Source: Delftia acidovorans NBRC 14950
GTDB taxonomy: Bacteria; Pseudomonadota; Gammaproteobacteria; Burkholderiales; Burkholderiaceae_C
Direction: 5' to 3'
DNA: 32,000 bases
NCBI RefSeq assembly: GCF_001598795.1
Contig: NZ_BCZP01000025.1
Location: forward strand, 1-32,000
The notes under the pieces are model-generated. The model made no database searches and had not been told where the DNA came from. It saw nothing but the letters and a program-made list of their open reading frames with translations. Of this stretch, positions 8,253 to 20,526 are shown piece after piece. The translations under genes and the position numbers were made by a program. Positions within the stretch are counted from its first letter, which is position 1, and every line of letters starts with the position of its first letter.

Positions 8253-8875
8253 TCAGGCGCTGCGCAGGCTTTTGGCTGCGCCGGCCAGTGCGGTGATCCG
8301 CTTCCAGTCACCCTGCTCCAGCGCATCGGCAGGCACCAGCCAGGAGCCACCCACGCAGACCACGTTGGACAGCGCCAGGAATTGCGCCGCATTGTCCGCA
8401 GACACGCCGCCCGTGGGGCAGAACCGCACGTCGCCGAAGGGGCCTTGCCAGGCTTTGAGCATGGCCGTGCCGCCCGCCTGTACGGCGGGGAAGAATTTCA
8501 GCTCGTTGAAGCCGTCGTCCTGGGCGGCCATGATTTCGCCGCTGGTGGCCACGCCGGGCAGCAGCGGCAGCTGCAGGGCCTGGCAGGCCTGGCCCAGTGC
8601 GCTGGTGTAGCCAGGGCTCACGGCAAAGCGCGCACCAGCGCTGGCGGCGGCACGGGCATCGGCGGCGCTGCGCACGGTACCGGCGCCCACGATGGCCTCG
8701 GGCACGGCACGTGCGATGGCTTCGATGCTGGCCAGGCCCTCGGGCGTGCGCAGCGTGACTTCCAGTACGCGGATGCCGCCCGCGACCAGGGCCTGGGCCA
8801 TGGGCACGGCATGTGCGACGTTGTTCAGGACGATGACCGGGATGACCGGCGCGTCCTGCATGATGGCCAGTGCCG

Positions 8876-8891
<16 letters not shown>
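8253..8891 (-). CDS. eda: 2-dehydro-3-deoxyphosphogluconate (KDPG) aldolase / 4-hydroxy-2-oxoglutarate aldolase
   Basis: From [22 protein letters not shown]...: [27 protein letters not shown] and CPTGGV motifs, and synteny directly after edd. Overlaps the edd 3' end by 16 nt. Confidence 0.9.
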
Positions 8892-10702
<1,811 letters not shown>

Positions 10703-10812
10703 GCGGGGTTCCTGCGGATGCGCTGGCGCGCGTTTTCTCTCTGTCGCGTTGTCTTTATGGGAAATGTCGGCCGGGGCATCCCTCCCAGGTGCGTCCGGCC
10801 CTGCTCCGAAGC

Positions 10813-11838
10813 TTACTTCACTGTGCGCGCCTGCTTGACGGCGGCCTGCACCTCGTCCCATGTGCCTTGGCCCACGGTCTTGGCAATGCCGGCATTCACC
10901 GCCGCGAGCTTGTCGCGCATGCGGCTGGCTTCTGCGGCGGGCAGCTCGTTGACCTGCATGCCCTTGGCCTTGATGTCGGCCAGGGCCTTGGCGGCTTCCT
11001 CGCGCGTGTCCTTGCGTTCGAACTCGCGGCTCTTGACGGCGGCATCCTGCAGCACCTTCTTCTCGGCCGGGCTCAGCGTGTCCCACCACTTCTTGCTGAC
11101 GGTGACGATCCAGGGGCTGTAGACGTGGTTGGACACCGTGAGGTACTTCTGCACTTCATAGAACTTGCTGGACAGCACGGTGTTGAAGGGGTTTTCCTGG
11201 CCATCGACGGCACGGGTCTCCAGCGCCGTGAACAGCTCGGAGAACGGCAGCGGCACGGCATTGGCGCCCAGGGCCTTGAAACTGTCCAGGAAGACGTTGT
11301 TCTGCATCACGCGCAGCTTCACGTCGGCCAGGTCTTCCATCTTGGCGATGGGGCGCTTGTTGTTGGTGAGGTTGCGGAAACCGTTTTCCCAATAGACCAG
11401 GCCCACCATGCCCTTGGGCTCCAGCGTGGCCTTGACCTTCTCGCCCACGGGGCCGTCCAGCACGGCGTCGGCTTCCTTGACATTGCTGAACAGGAAGGGG
11501 GTGTCCCAGACGGCCATCTCGGGCGACAGGCCCACCAGGGTGGCGGTGGAGCCGACCATCATTTCCTGTGCGCCGCCGATCAGCGCCTGCTGCATCTGCG
11601 TGTCCGAGCCCAGCGAGGCATTGCCGATGGCACGCACCTTCATCTTGCCGCCCGTGGCCTTCTCGACCTCCTTGGCAAAGAAGCGCGCCGCGCGGCCCTG
11701 GTTGGACTCATCGACCAGGCCATAGCCGAAGCGCACGATGCGCGGCTTGAAGTCCTGGGCCATGGCCTGGCCCGTGGCGGCCAGCGTGGTGACGGCGGCC
11801 ATCAGGCCGGCGAGTGCAAAGGGAATACGCATGTTCAT
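10813..11838 (-). CDS. TRAP transporter substrate-binding protein (DctP type)
   Basis: Signal peptide [27 protein letters not shown], then DctP-family sequence ([33 protein letters not shown]..., [21 protein letters not shown]). AAGGAG lies upstream of the ATG. Confidence 0.9.
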   Translation of the reverse strand: MNMRIPFALAGLMAAVTTLAATGQAMAQDFKPRIVRFGYGLVDESNQGRAARFFAKEVEKATGGKMKVRAIGNASLGSDTQMQQALIGGAQEMMVGSTATLVGLSPEMAVWDTPFLFSNVKEADAVLDGPVGEKVKATLEPKGMVGLVYWENGFRNLTNNKRPIAKMEDLADVKLRVMQNNVFLDSFKALGANAVPLPFSELFTALETRAVDGQENPFNTVLSSKFYEVQKYLTVSNHVYSPWIVTVSKKWWDTLSPAEKKVLQDAAVKSREFERKDTREEAAKALADIKAKGMQVNELPAAEASRMRDKLAAVNAGIAKTVGQGTWDEVQAAVKQARTVK

Positions 11839-11860
11839 CTCCTTGGGTTGTAGTGAGGGA

Positions 11861-13141
11861 TCAATGCATCCAGCGCAGAGGGGCCAGGATGATTTGCGGA
11901 AAAATCACGAAAAGCACGGCAAGCAGCACATAGACCATCAGGAACGGGTTCGTGCCCTTGATCACGGTCTCCATGCGCAGCCGGCCCACCCCGGCGACCA
12001 CGTTCTGCACCGTTCCCACGGGCGGCGTGATCAGGCCGATGCAGCCCACGTAGATGAACATGAAGCCGAAGTAGATGGGATCGATGCCGGCCTTGACGGC
12101 CAGCGGCGCGCACACGGGGCCGAAGATCAGGATGGTTGGCGTCAGGTCCATGGCCGTGCCCACCACCAGCAGGAACAGCATCATCGTGGCCATGAACAGC
12201 ACGGGACTGCCCAGCAGGCCCGAGAAGCTGTCGGCCAGCATGTTGGGCAGGTCGGCCAGGGTGATCATGTAGGCCGTCACCGTGGCGGCGCCGCACAGGA
12301 ACATGACCACGGCCGTGGTCTTGGCGGCGGCCAGGAACACGGCGTACAGACGGCTCCATGTCATCTCGCGGTAGATCACCATGGACACGAACAGCGCATA
12401 GACGGCTGCGACCACGGCCGCCTCGGTGGGCGTGAACACGCCGCCCTTGAGGCCGCCCAGGATGATGACCGGCATCATCATGGCCCAGAAGCTCTTGGCC
12501 AGCGCCTTCAGGCGCGGGCCCCAGGCCATGCGCTCGCCGCGCGACAGGTCGTACTTGCGGGCGATGGACCACCAGGCAAAGATCAGGAACACGCCCATGA
12601 TCAGGCCCGGCACCACGCCCGACAGGAACAGCTTGCTGATCGAGGTGTTGGTCGTCACGCCGTAGATGACGAAGGGCATGGACGGCGGAATGATGGGCGC
12701 AATGATGCCGCCTGAGGCCAGCAGGCCCGCGCTGTAGCTGTCGGGATACTTCTGGTCGCGCATCATGGGCAGCAGGATGGTGGCCAGGGCGGCGGTATCG
12801 GCAATGGCCGAGCCGCTCATGGACGCCAGCAGCACCGCCGCGCCAATGGCCACATAGCCCAGGCCGCCACGGATATGGCCCACATAGGCACGTGCCAGGT
12901 CGATGATGCGGCGCGACAGGCCACCCGCGTTCATCAGCTCGCCGGCCAGGATGAAGAAGGGCACGGCCAGCAGCGGGAAGTTGTCGAAGCCGGCCTGCAG
13001 GTTCTGCGCAAGCAGCTGCGAGTCGAAGAAGTCCAGGTGCCACATCAGCGCCACGCCGGTCAACACCAGCGCCTGGGCGATGGGCATGCCGATCACCATG
13101 CCGCCAATCAGCACGGCCAGAAAGATCAGGGTCACAACCAT
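11861..13141 (-). CDS. TRAP transporter large permease (DctM type)
   Basis: 426-aa polytopic membrane protein with typical DctM sequence (FFILAGELMNAGGLSRRIIDLA..., SGSAIADTAALATILLPMM). Confidence 0.9.
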   Translation of the reverse strand: MVVTLIFLAVLIGGMVIGMPIAQALVLTGVALMWHLDFFDSQLLAQNLQAGFDNFPLLAVPFFILAGELMNAGGLSRRIIDLARAYVGHIRGGLGYVAIGAAVLLASMSGSAIADTAALATILLPMMRDQKYPDSYSAGLLASGGIIAPIIPPSMPFVIYGVTTNTSISKLFLSGVVPGLIMGVFLIFAWWSIARKYDLSRGERMAWGPRLKALAKSFWAMMMPVIILGGLKGGVFTPTEAAVVAAVYALFVSMVIYREMTWSRLYAVFLAAAKTTAVVMFLCGAATVTAYMITLADLPNMLADSFSGLLGSPVLFMATMMLFLLVVGTAMDLTPTILIFGPVCAPLAVKAGIDPIYFGFMFIYVGCIGLITPPVGTVQNVVAGVGRLRMETVIKGTNPFLMVYVLLAVLFVIFPQIILAPLRWMH

Positions 13142-13153
13142 GGTGCGTACTCC

Positions 13154-13660
13154 TTACTCGACCGTCGTTTCGGCATGGTTTTCAGCCGGCGCGCCACGGC
13201 GCAGGTCGCGCAGCGTCACCACCAGCAGGCCCACGGCCAGCACCAGGGTGGCCGCAGCGCCCAGGGCCAGCGGGTAGCCCAGCACCGTGCTATAGCTGTT
13301 CAGTCCGGCCTCCACCTGGGCCCAGGAGCCCCACAGCAGCAGGCCCATGCAGACCAGGATCAGTGCCTGCGACACCCAGAACAGCGCCTTGCGTGCGCCA
13401 GGCCCCACGCGGGAAGTCACGAGGTCGAAGCCCAGGTGGCTGCCCTCGAAAGCGGCCACGATGGCGCCAATGGCCACCAGCCAGACGAAGAGCAGGCGCG
13501 AGATTTCCTCATAGGAAACGATGCTGGTATGGAACACATAGCGCAGCACCACGTTGATGAACACGGCAATGACCATGCCGGCCAGGGCCAGCACCATCAG
13601 CACCTCGGCAAAGTGCTGCAGGCGCGGCTTGGGCCGGACTGCGGTGGAATCGGATTGCAT
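13154..13660 (-). CDS. TRAP transporter small permease (DctQ type)
   Basis: 168-aa, four-helix hydrophobic protein immediately upstream of DctM. AGGAGA lies upstream of the ATG. Confidence 0.85.
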   Translation of the reverse strand: MQSDSTAVRPKPRLQHFAEVLMVLALAGMVIAVFINVVLRYVFHTSIVSYEEISRLLFVWLVAIGAIVAAFEGSHLGFDLVTSRVGPGARKALFWVSQALILVCMGLLLWGSWAQVEAGLNSYSTVLGYPLALGAAATLVLAVGLLVVTLRDLRRGAPAENHAETTVE

Positions 13661-13678
13661 GGGGCTTGTCTCCTGGCG

Positions 13679-14266
13679 TTATGGGTTTTGGGAGAAGGTG
13701 TCGGCCTGCGCCGCGGGCAGGAGCTGCCAGCTTTGGGCGCGGTGCACGATGTCGGTCAGCGGCAGCGTGGCGTCCACGGACAGCACGGCGCACTCGCCAT
13801 CAGGGCGTTCCAGCGTGGCGAACTGGTTGGCCACCAGCTCGGGCGAGAAGAAGTGGCCGGCGCGCTCCTGCACGCGCTGCAGCGCCGTCTCGTAGTTCAG
13901 GTCCAGGAACACGAAGCCCACGGCACCGGCCGGGCCGGCGGCACGCAGCCGGTCGCGGTACTTGCGCTTGAGGGCCGAGCAGGTCAGCACCACGCCCTGC
14001 CCCGGCATGGCCTGGGCCAGCAGCTGGGCCAGCCGGTCCAGCCAGCCGCTGCGGTCGTCGTCGGTCAGGGGGATGCCGGCCTGCATCTTGCGGATGCTTT
14101 CCTCGGCATGGTGGGCATCGCCCTCGTGCAGGGTCCAGCCCAGGGCATCGGCCAGGGCCTGTCCCACGCTGGACTTGCCGCAGCCGGAAACGCCCATGAC
14201 GACCAGCGCCCGTGGGCGGGTGTCTGCGGGGGCGGTCGCGGTGATTGTTGGGATAGCGCTATCCAT
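13679..14266 (-). CDS. gntK: gluconokinase
   Basis: P-loop MGVSGCGKSSVGQALADAL followed by EGDAHHAEESIRKMQAGIPLTDDDRSGWL, typical of GntK-type gluconate kinases. First gene of the gntK-TRAP-edd-eda string. Confidence 0.9.
   Translation of the reverse strand: MDSAIPTITATAPADTRPRALVVMGVSGCGKSSVGQALADALGWTLHEGDAHHAEESIRKMQAGIPLTDDDRSGWLDRLAQLLAQAMPGQGVVLTCSALKRKYRDRLRAAGPAGAVGFVFLDLNYETALQRVQERAGHFFSPELVANQFATLERPDGECAVLSVDATLPLTDIVHRAQSWQLLPAAQADTFSQNP
14248..14264. promoter_or_regulatory. palindromic LacI-family operator candidate O1 (GGATAGCGCTATCC), overlapping the gntK start codon
   Basis: Perfect 14-bp palindrome with central CG at 14251-14264. The 16-mer TTGGGATAGCGCTATC (14248-14263) recurs exactly at 14367-14382. 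Confidence 0.55.
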
Positions 14267-14366
14267 GTTCTTGCAAAAATTGGCAGACCAGGGTCTGCCT
14301 TGGATTTCGTTGTGCTTCAGAGGCCTTCGTCCGGGTTTACACGCAGGAGCAAGGGCCTTCGAATGA

Positions 14367-14382
14367 TTGGGATAGCGCTATC
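14367..14382. promoter_or_regulatory. palindromic LacI-family operator candidate O2 (GATAGCGCTATC), overlapping a -10-like CATAAT for the divergent regulator gene
   Basis: Second exact copy of TTGGGATAGCGCTATC. It is followed by CATAAT (14382-14387), with TTCGAA 18 nt upstream as a weak -35. It lies about 40 nt before the regulator start. Confidence 0.5.
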
Positions 14383-14422
14383 ATAATCTTCAACCCTCCC
14401 GCCCCCGACCTAGGACAATCCC

Positions 14423-15517
14423 TTGGCCCGTCAGATTCCGCCTGCCTCCCCAGAATCGCCCTCCGCCGATGTTTCCGGCCCGGCCCTGCCCGCCACGGGC
14501 CGCGCACGCTCCTCGCGGGCCAGCGGGCGCATCACGCTCAGCGATGTGGCACAGGCCGCTGGCGTCAGCCCCATGACGGTCTCGCGCGCCCTGCGCGGCG
14601 AGCGCCGCGTGGACCCGGCCCTGGTCGAGAAAATCCGCACGGCCGCCGCGCAGATGGGCTACGTGCCCGACCCCGCCGCACGCGCCCTGGCCTCGCAGAA
14701 AAGCGCCCAGGTGCTGGTGCTGGTGCCCATGCTGTCCAACACCCTGTTCGTGGACCTGATCGAGGCGGTTCACAAGGTGCTGTTCTCCGCGGGCTACCAC
14801 GCGCTGATCGGCGTGACCCACTACGACCGGGCCGAAGAAGAACAGCTGCTGCGCACCTACCTGCCCATGCGCCCGGCCGGCCTGCTGCTCACGGGTTTTG
14901 ACCGCAGCCCCGCTGCGCGTGAACTGGTACAGGCCAGCAAGGTCCCCTGCGTGCACCTGATGGAACTGGGCGGCGAGCCTGGTGCGCCCAGCGTGGGCTT
15001 TTCGCAGGCCGAGGCCGGAGCCGCCATCACGCGGCACTTGATGGAGCGCGGACACAGGCGCATTGCCTTTTGCGCAGGCCAGCTCGATGCCCGCGTGATG
15101 CAGCGCGCCGCGGGCTACCGCCATGCCCTGCAGGCGGCGGGCCTGCATGACCCCGCCCTGGAACTGCTCTGGCCCCGCCCCACGTCGATGGCGCTGGGCG
15201 CCGAGCTGCTGGACGCGGCCCTGCGCCTGGACCCTGCCGTCGATGCCCTGTTCTTCTGCAACGACGACATTGCCCAGGGTGCGCTGCTGGAGGCTCTGCG
15301 CCGGGGGATACGCGTGCCCGAGCAGATCGCCATCGCAGGCTTCAACGACCTGCCCGGCAGCGACCAGATGGTGCCGCCGCTGACCACCATCCGCACGCCG
15401 CGCGGCCATATCGGCACCGAAGGTGCGCGCATGCTGCTGCAGCTGATGCGTGGCGACGCTGTGGAGCCGCCCAGCGTGGATCTGGGCTACGAACTGGTGG
15501 TGCGGCAGAGCAGTTGA
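14423..15517 (+). CDS. gntR: LacI-family transcriptional repressor, probable gluconate repressor
   Basis: Helix-turn-helix ITLSDVAQAAGVSPMTVSRALRG, then a periplasmic-binding-protein-like fold (ALIGVTHYD, FCNDDIAQGAL, IAIAGFNDL). Divergent from gntK. The start is uncertain: TTG at 14423 with TAGGAC 7 nt upstream gives a ~35-aa N-terminal extension. Confidence 0.85.
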   Translation: MARQIPPASPESPSADVSGPALPATGRARSSRASGRITLSDVAQAAGVSPMTVSRALRGERRVDPALVEKIRTAAAQMGYVPDPAARALASQKSAQVLVLVPMLSNTLFVDLIEAVHKVLFSAGYHALIGVTHYDRAEEEQLLRTYLPMRPAGLLLTGFDRSPAARELVQASKVPCVHLMELGGEPGAPSVGFSQAEAGAAITRHLMERGHRRIAFCAGQLDARVMQRAAGYRHALQAAGLHDPALELLWPRPTSMALGAELLDAALRLDPAVDALFFCNDDIAQGALLEALRRGIRVPEQIAIAGFNDLPGSDQMVPPLTTIRTPRGHIGTEGARMLLQLMRGDAVEPPSVDLGYELVVRQSS

Positions 15518-15523
15518 AGCGAA

Positions 15524-15542
15524 GAGGGCTTTGTGCGCCCTC
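15524..15542. terminator. short hairpin between convergent gntR and cheV (possible shared terminator)
   Basis: GAGGGC-TTTGTGC-GCCCTC sits in the 36-nt gap. On the minus strand it is followed by UUCGCUUCAA. The stem is only 6 bp. Confidence 0.35.
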
Positions 15543-15553
15543 CTCCGTGGCCA

Positions 15554-16525
15554 TCAGCCCGGCAGCAGGCGGCGCAGGGTCTCGGCCAGATCCTCTGCCG
15601 CGAACTTGGCCACGTAGCCGTCCGCGCCAACGCTGCGCACATGGTCTTCGTTGGCCGATCCGGACAGCGAGGAATGGATGAGCACGGGAATGGAATGGAA
15701 GCGCGCGTCCTGCTTGATGTGGCGGGTGAGCGTGAAGCCGTCCATCTCGGGCATCTCCAGGTCGGTCAGCACCAGGGCGACCTTGTCGGCCACAGTCAGG
15801 CCCTCTGCCTGGGCGCTGTCGGCGATGGCGTTGAGGCGGTCCCAGGCCTCCTTGCCGGACTTGAGCATTTCATACGGTGCCTGCAGGACCTTGAGCTCCT
15901 TCTCGATCAGCGAGCGCGCCACGAAGGAATCATCGGCGGCCAGCACGATGGCGCCGGGCTTGAGTTTGAGCCTGGCGCCCACTTTTTCCGGCGTGATTTC
16001 CTGGGCGTCGGTGGGAGACACCAATTGCAGGATGGCCTCCACATCCAGCACCTGGGCCAGGCGCGAGTTGTCGGTGTCGCCATCCAGGCGGGCGATGCTG
16101 GTGACCAGCTTGCCGCCGGTGCCGCTGGCCTCGGCCGACAGCACCTGCTTCCAATCCAGGCGCACGATGTCCTCGACGGACTCCACAGCGAATGCCTGGG
16201 TGGTGCGCGCATATTCGGTGACCAGCATGATGTTCAGGCCGGTCTGAGGCTTGCAGCCCATGATGGCGGGAAGATTCAGCACCGGGATCACCTGCCCGCG
16301 CAGGTTTGCCACACCCAGCGAATGGGCCGTGCCCCCCGCGATGGGCGTGATGTGCGGCATGGCCACGATTTCGCGGACCTTGAACACATTGATCCCGAAC
16401 AGCTCGGACTGGCCCAGGCCGGAGTCGCTGCCCAGCCGGAACAGCAGCAGCTCGAACTTGTTGTTGCTGGTGAGGTTGGTGCGCTCGTCGATCTCTCTTT
16501 GAGCTGCCTTGGAATTGAGGTTCAT
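15554..16525 (-). CDS. cheV: CheV-type chemotaxis protein (CheW-like domain fused to response-regulator receiver)
   Basis: The N-terminal half is CheW-like (FELLLFRLG..., FGINVFKVREIV, ANLRGQVIPVLNL). The C-terminal half is a receiver domain (VLAADDSFVARSLI..., LVLTDLEMPEMDGFTLTRHIK). The ATG at 16525 has AGGA 5 nt upstream. The listed ORF begins at a GTG 7 codons earlier. Confidence 0.85.
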   Translation of the reverse strand: MNLNSKAAQREIDERTNLTSNNKFELLLFRLGSDSGLGQSELFGINVFKVREIVAMPHITPIAGGTAHSLGVANLRGQVIPVLNLPAIMGCKPQTGLNIMLVTEYARTTQAFAVESVEDIVRLDWKQVLSAEASGTGGKLVTSIARLDGDTDNSRLAQVLDVEAILQLVSPTDAQEITPEKVGARLKLKPGAIVLAADDSFVARSLIEKELKVLQAPYEMLKSGKEAWDRLNAIADSAQAEGLTVADKVALVLTDLEMPEMDGFTLTRHIKQDARFHSIPVLIHSSLSGSANEDHVRSVGADGYVAKFAAEDLAETLRRLLPG

Positions 16526-16677
16526 GCCGGTCCTGGAGAGTGACACATATTTTTACAAATTCTAAAGCGAGCGCCTCGGATTTAGCAAAAATTTATTGCA
16601 CCTGAGTCGGAACAGCAACGCCGGGCGGCCGGCGACATGCTTCATGCATGCCACGGCCCCGCCCCGCGGCGCAGAAA

Positions 16678-18726
16678 TCACTCGAATTCCAGGATCACAT
16701 CGTCCACGGCCAGCGAATCGCCCTTGCTGGCGCTGATCTTGCCGACCACGCCGTCCTGCGAGGCGAACAGGATGTTCTCCATCTTCATCGCCTCGATCAC
16801 CGCCAGCTTCTCACCGGCCTGCACCTTCTGGCCCGGCTGCACGGCCACGTCCACCAGCAGGCCCGGCATGGGCGACAGCAGGAACCTGGACAGGTCCGGC
16901 GGCGCCTTGTAGGGCATGAGGCGGTGCAGTTCGCCGCCGCGCGGCGAGAGCACCAGGGCGTCGATCTGCGTGCCGTTGTGGATGACGCGCAGGGCCAGCG
17001 GGTTCCTGGCCGTGCCGCGCTCGACCTGGGCCGTGAAGGGCTTGCCGTTGCAGCTGCCCTGCACGCACATGGCACGCATGGGGGTCTCGCTGCGGAAGGT
17101 GTAGGGCTTGCCATCCACCGTGACGGTGCTGGCGCGGCTTTCGGCGTCGAAGTCCGAGACCTGCACGGCGCGGTACTGGTGCTGGCCTTCGGCGCCCAGC
17201 ACGACCACGCAGTAGTCGGCCGAGACCTTGAGCTCGTGCCCCCGCATCTGGCCGCTGATGGTGGCGGCGCGCGCGCGGTAGCGGCGGTTCATGTGGCCGG
17301 CCAGGGCGACCAGGAAGTCCGGGTCGCCGTGGGGCACGTCCTCGGCGTGGAAGCCGTGGGAGTAGTGCTCGGCGATGAAGCCGGTGTTGAAGTCGCCGCT
17401 CTTGAACTTGGGATGGGCCAGCAGCGCGGCCTGGAACGGGATGTTGGAGCTGATGCCCCGGATCACGAAGGCGTTGAGCGCCTCGCGCATCTTGGCGATG
17501 GCGTCGTTGCGGTCGCTGCCGTGCACGATGAGCTTGGCGATCATCGAGTCGTAGAACATCGGAATTTCGCCGCCTTCATACACGCCCGTATCCACGCGCA
17601 CGCCGTGCAGGTGGCCGGTGTCGGCCTGCCACATGGTCTGCTCGGGCGGCGAAAAGCGCACCAGGCGGCCGGTGGACGGCAGGAAGTTGCGGAACGGGTC
17701 CTCGGCGTTGATGCGGCACTCGATGGCCCAGCCATTGCGCTTGACGTCTTCCTGCGCGATGGCCAGCTTCTCGCCAGCGGCTACGCGGATCATCTGCTCG
17801 ACCAGATCCAGGCCGGTGATGCACTCGGTCACCGGGTGCTCCACCTGCAGGCGGGTGTTCATCTCCAGGAAGTAGAAATCCTGGTCCTTGCCAACCACGA
17901 ATTCCACCGTGCCCGCGCTCTGGTAGCCCACGGCCTTGGCCAGGGCCACGGCCTGCTCTCCCATGGCGCGGCGTGTGGCGTCGCTGATGAAGGGGGACGG
18001 CGCCTCTTCGATCACCTTCTGGTGTCGGCGCTGGATGGAGCATTCGCGCTCGTTCAGGTAGATCACGTTGCCGTGGCCGTCGCCCAGCACCTGGATCTCG
18101 ATGTGGCGCGGCTCCTGCACGAATTTCTCGATGAAGATGCGATCGTCGCCAAAGCTGTTGCGTGCCTCGTTCTGGCAGCTGGCAAAGCCCTCGAAGGCTT
18201 CCTTGTCGTTGTAGGCCACGCGCAGGCCCTTGCCGCCGCCGCCGGCGCTGGCTTTGATCATCACGGGGTAGCCGATGCCCTTGGCGATTTCCACGGCGGC
18301 CTCGGGGCCGGCAATGGGGTCGTTGTAGCCGGGGATGGTGCTCACGCCGGCCTTGTCGGCCAGCTTCTTGGAGGCGATCTTGTCGCCCATGGCCGCAATG
18401 GCCGCGTGCTTGGGGCCGATGAAGGTGATGCCCTCTTCCTCCACGCGCCGGGCGAAGGCCTCGTTCTCGGACAGGAAGCCGTAGCCCGGGTGCACGGCCT
18501 GGGCGCCGGTCTGCTTGCAGGCGGCAATGATGCGGTCGGCCTGCAGGTAGGACTCGCGGCTGGGCGCGGCGCCGATGTGCACGGCCTCGTCGGCCAGCTT
18601 GACGTGGCGTGCCTCGCGGTCCGCATCGGAGTACACCGCCACGGTCTGTATGCCCATCTTGCGGGCGGTGGCGATAACGCGGCAGGCAATCTCGCCGCGG
18701 TTGGCAATCAGGATCTTCTTGAACAT
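16678..18726 (-). CDS. pccA: propionyl-CoA carboxylase alpha subunit (biotin carboxylase + biotin carboxyl carrier domains)
   Basis: MFKKILIANRGEIACRVI, ATP-grasp motifs, and a C-terminal biotinylation motif EAMKMEN. Lies next to pccB and the methylmalonyl-CoA mutase genes. Confidence 0.88.
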   Translation of the reverse strand: MFKKILIANRGEIACRVIATARKMGIQTVAVYSDADREARHVKLADEAVHIGAAPSRESYLQADRIIAACKQTGAQAVHPGYGFLSENEAFARRVEEEGITFIGPKHAAIAAMGDKIASKKLADKAGVSTIPGYNDPIAGPEAAVEIAKGIGYPVMIKASAGGGGKGLRVAYNDKEAFEGFASCQNEARNSFGDDRIFIEKFVQEPRHIEIQVLGDGHGNVIYLNERECSIQRRHQKVIEEAPSPFISDATRRAMGEQAVALAKAVGYQSAGTVEFVVGKDQDFYFLEMNTRLQVEHPVTECITGLDLVEQMIRVAAGEKLAIAQEDVKRNGWAIECRINAEDPFRNFLPSTGRLVRFSPPEQTMWQADTGHLHGVRVDTGVYEGGEIPMFYDSMIAKLIVHGSDRNDAIAKMREALNAFVIRGISSNIPFQAALLAHPKFKSGDFNTGFIAEHYSHGFHAEDVPHGDPDFLVALAGHMNRRYRARAATISGQMRGHELKVSADYCVVVLGAEGQHQYRAVQVSDFDAESRASTVTVDGKPYTFRSETPMRAMCVQGSCNGKPFTAQVERGTARNPLALRVIHNGTQIDALVLSPRGGELHRLMPYKAPPDLSRFLLSPMPGLLVDVAVQPGQKVQAGEKLAVIEAMKMENILFASQDGVVGKISASKGDSLAVDDVILEFE

Positions 18727-18937
18727 CTTCTTAGCCCATTCTTGGAACTAAATCATGGGAACCGGAGCTGTCGTCAGCTTCGCTGTCCCTGTTTTGCGCT
18801 TCGCCAGCACTGTCAGTAACCGGCGCGACCAAAGCGAGGGACACCGAGGAAGGGCCGCCCCGCACCGAGGGTGTCGTCCCCCTCCCTCGCGAAGCGAGTT
18901 AGAGAGGGGGAAGCGGCGGAGCCGCTCAGGGGGTGCT

Positions 18938-20470
<1,533 letters not shown>

Positions 20471-20526
20471 GCTGCGATTCCTCTAACGTCTAACGATACG
20501 GGTTGCTGGTGTTGTCTTGTCTGCTG

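Noticed and set aside
8096-8392. 98-aa minus-strand ORF crossing the eda terminator
   Set aside because: Most of it is an alternative frame of eda. It reads through the eda intrinsic terminator into the AT-rich island, and it has no ribosome-binding site.
16526-16677. Search for a FliA promoter or strong terminator between pccA and cheV
   Set aside because: There is no GCCGATAA-like element on the cheV strand. The only hairpin is a 4-bp CGAG/CTCG stem, which is not supportable as a feature.
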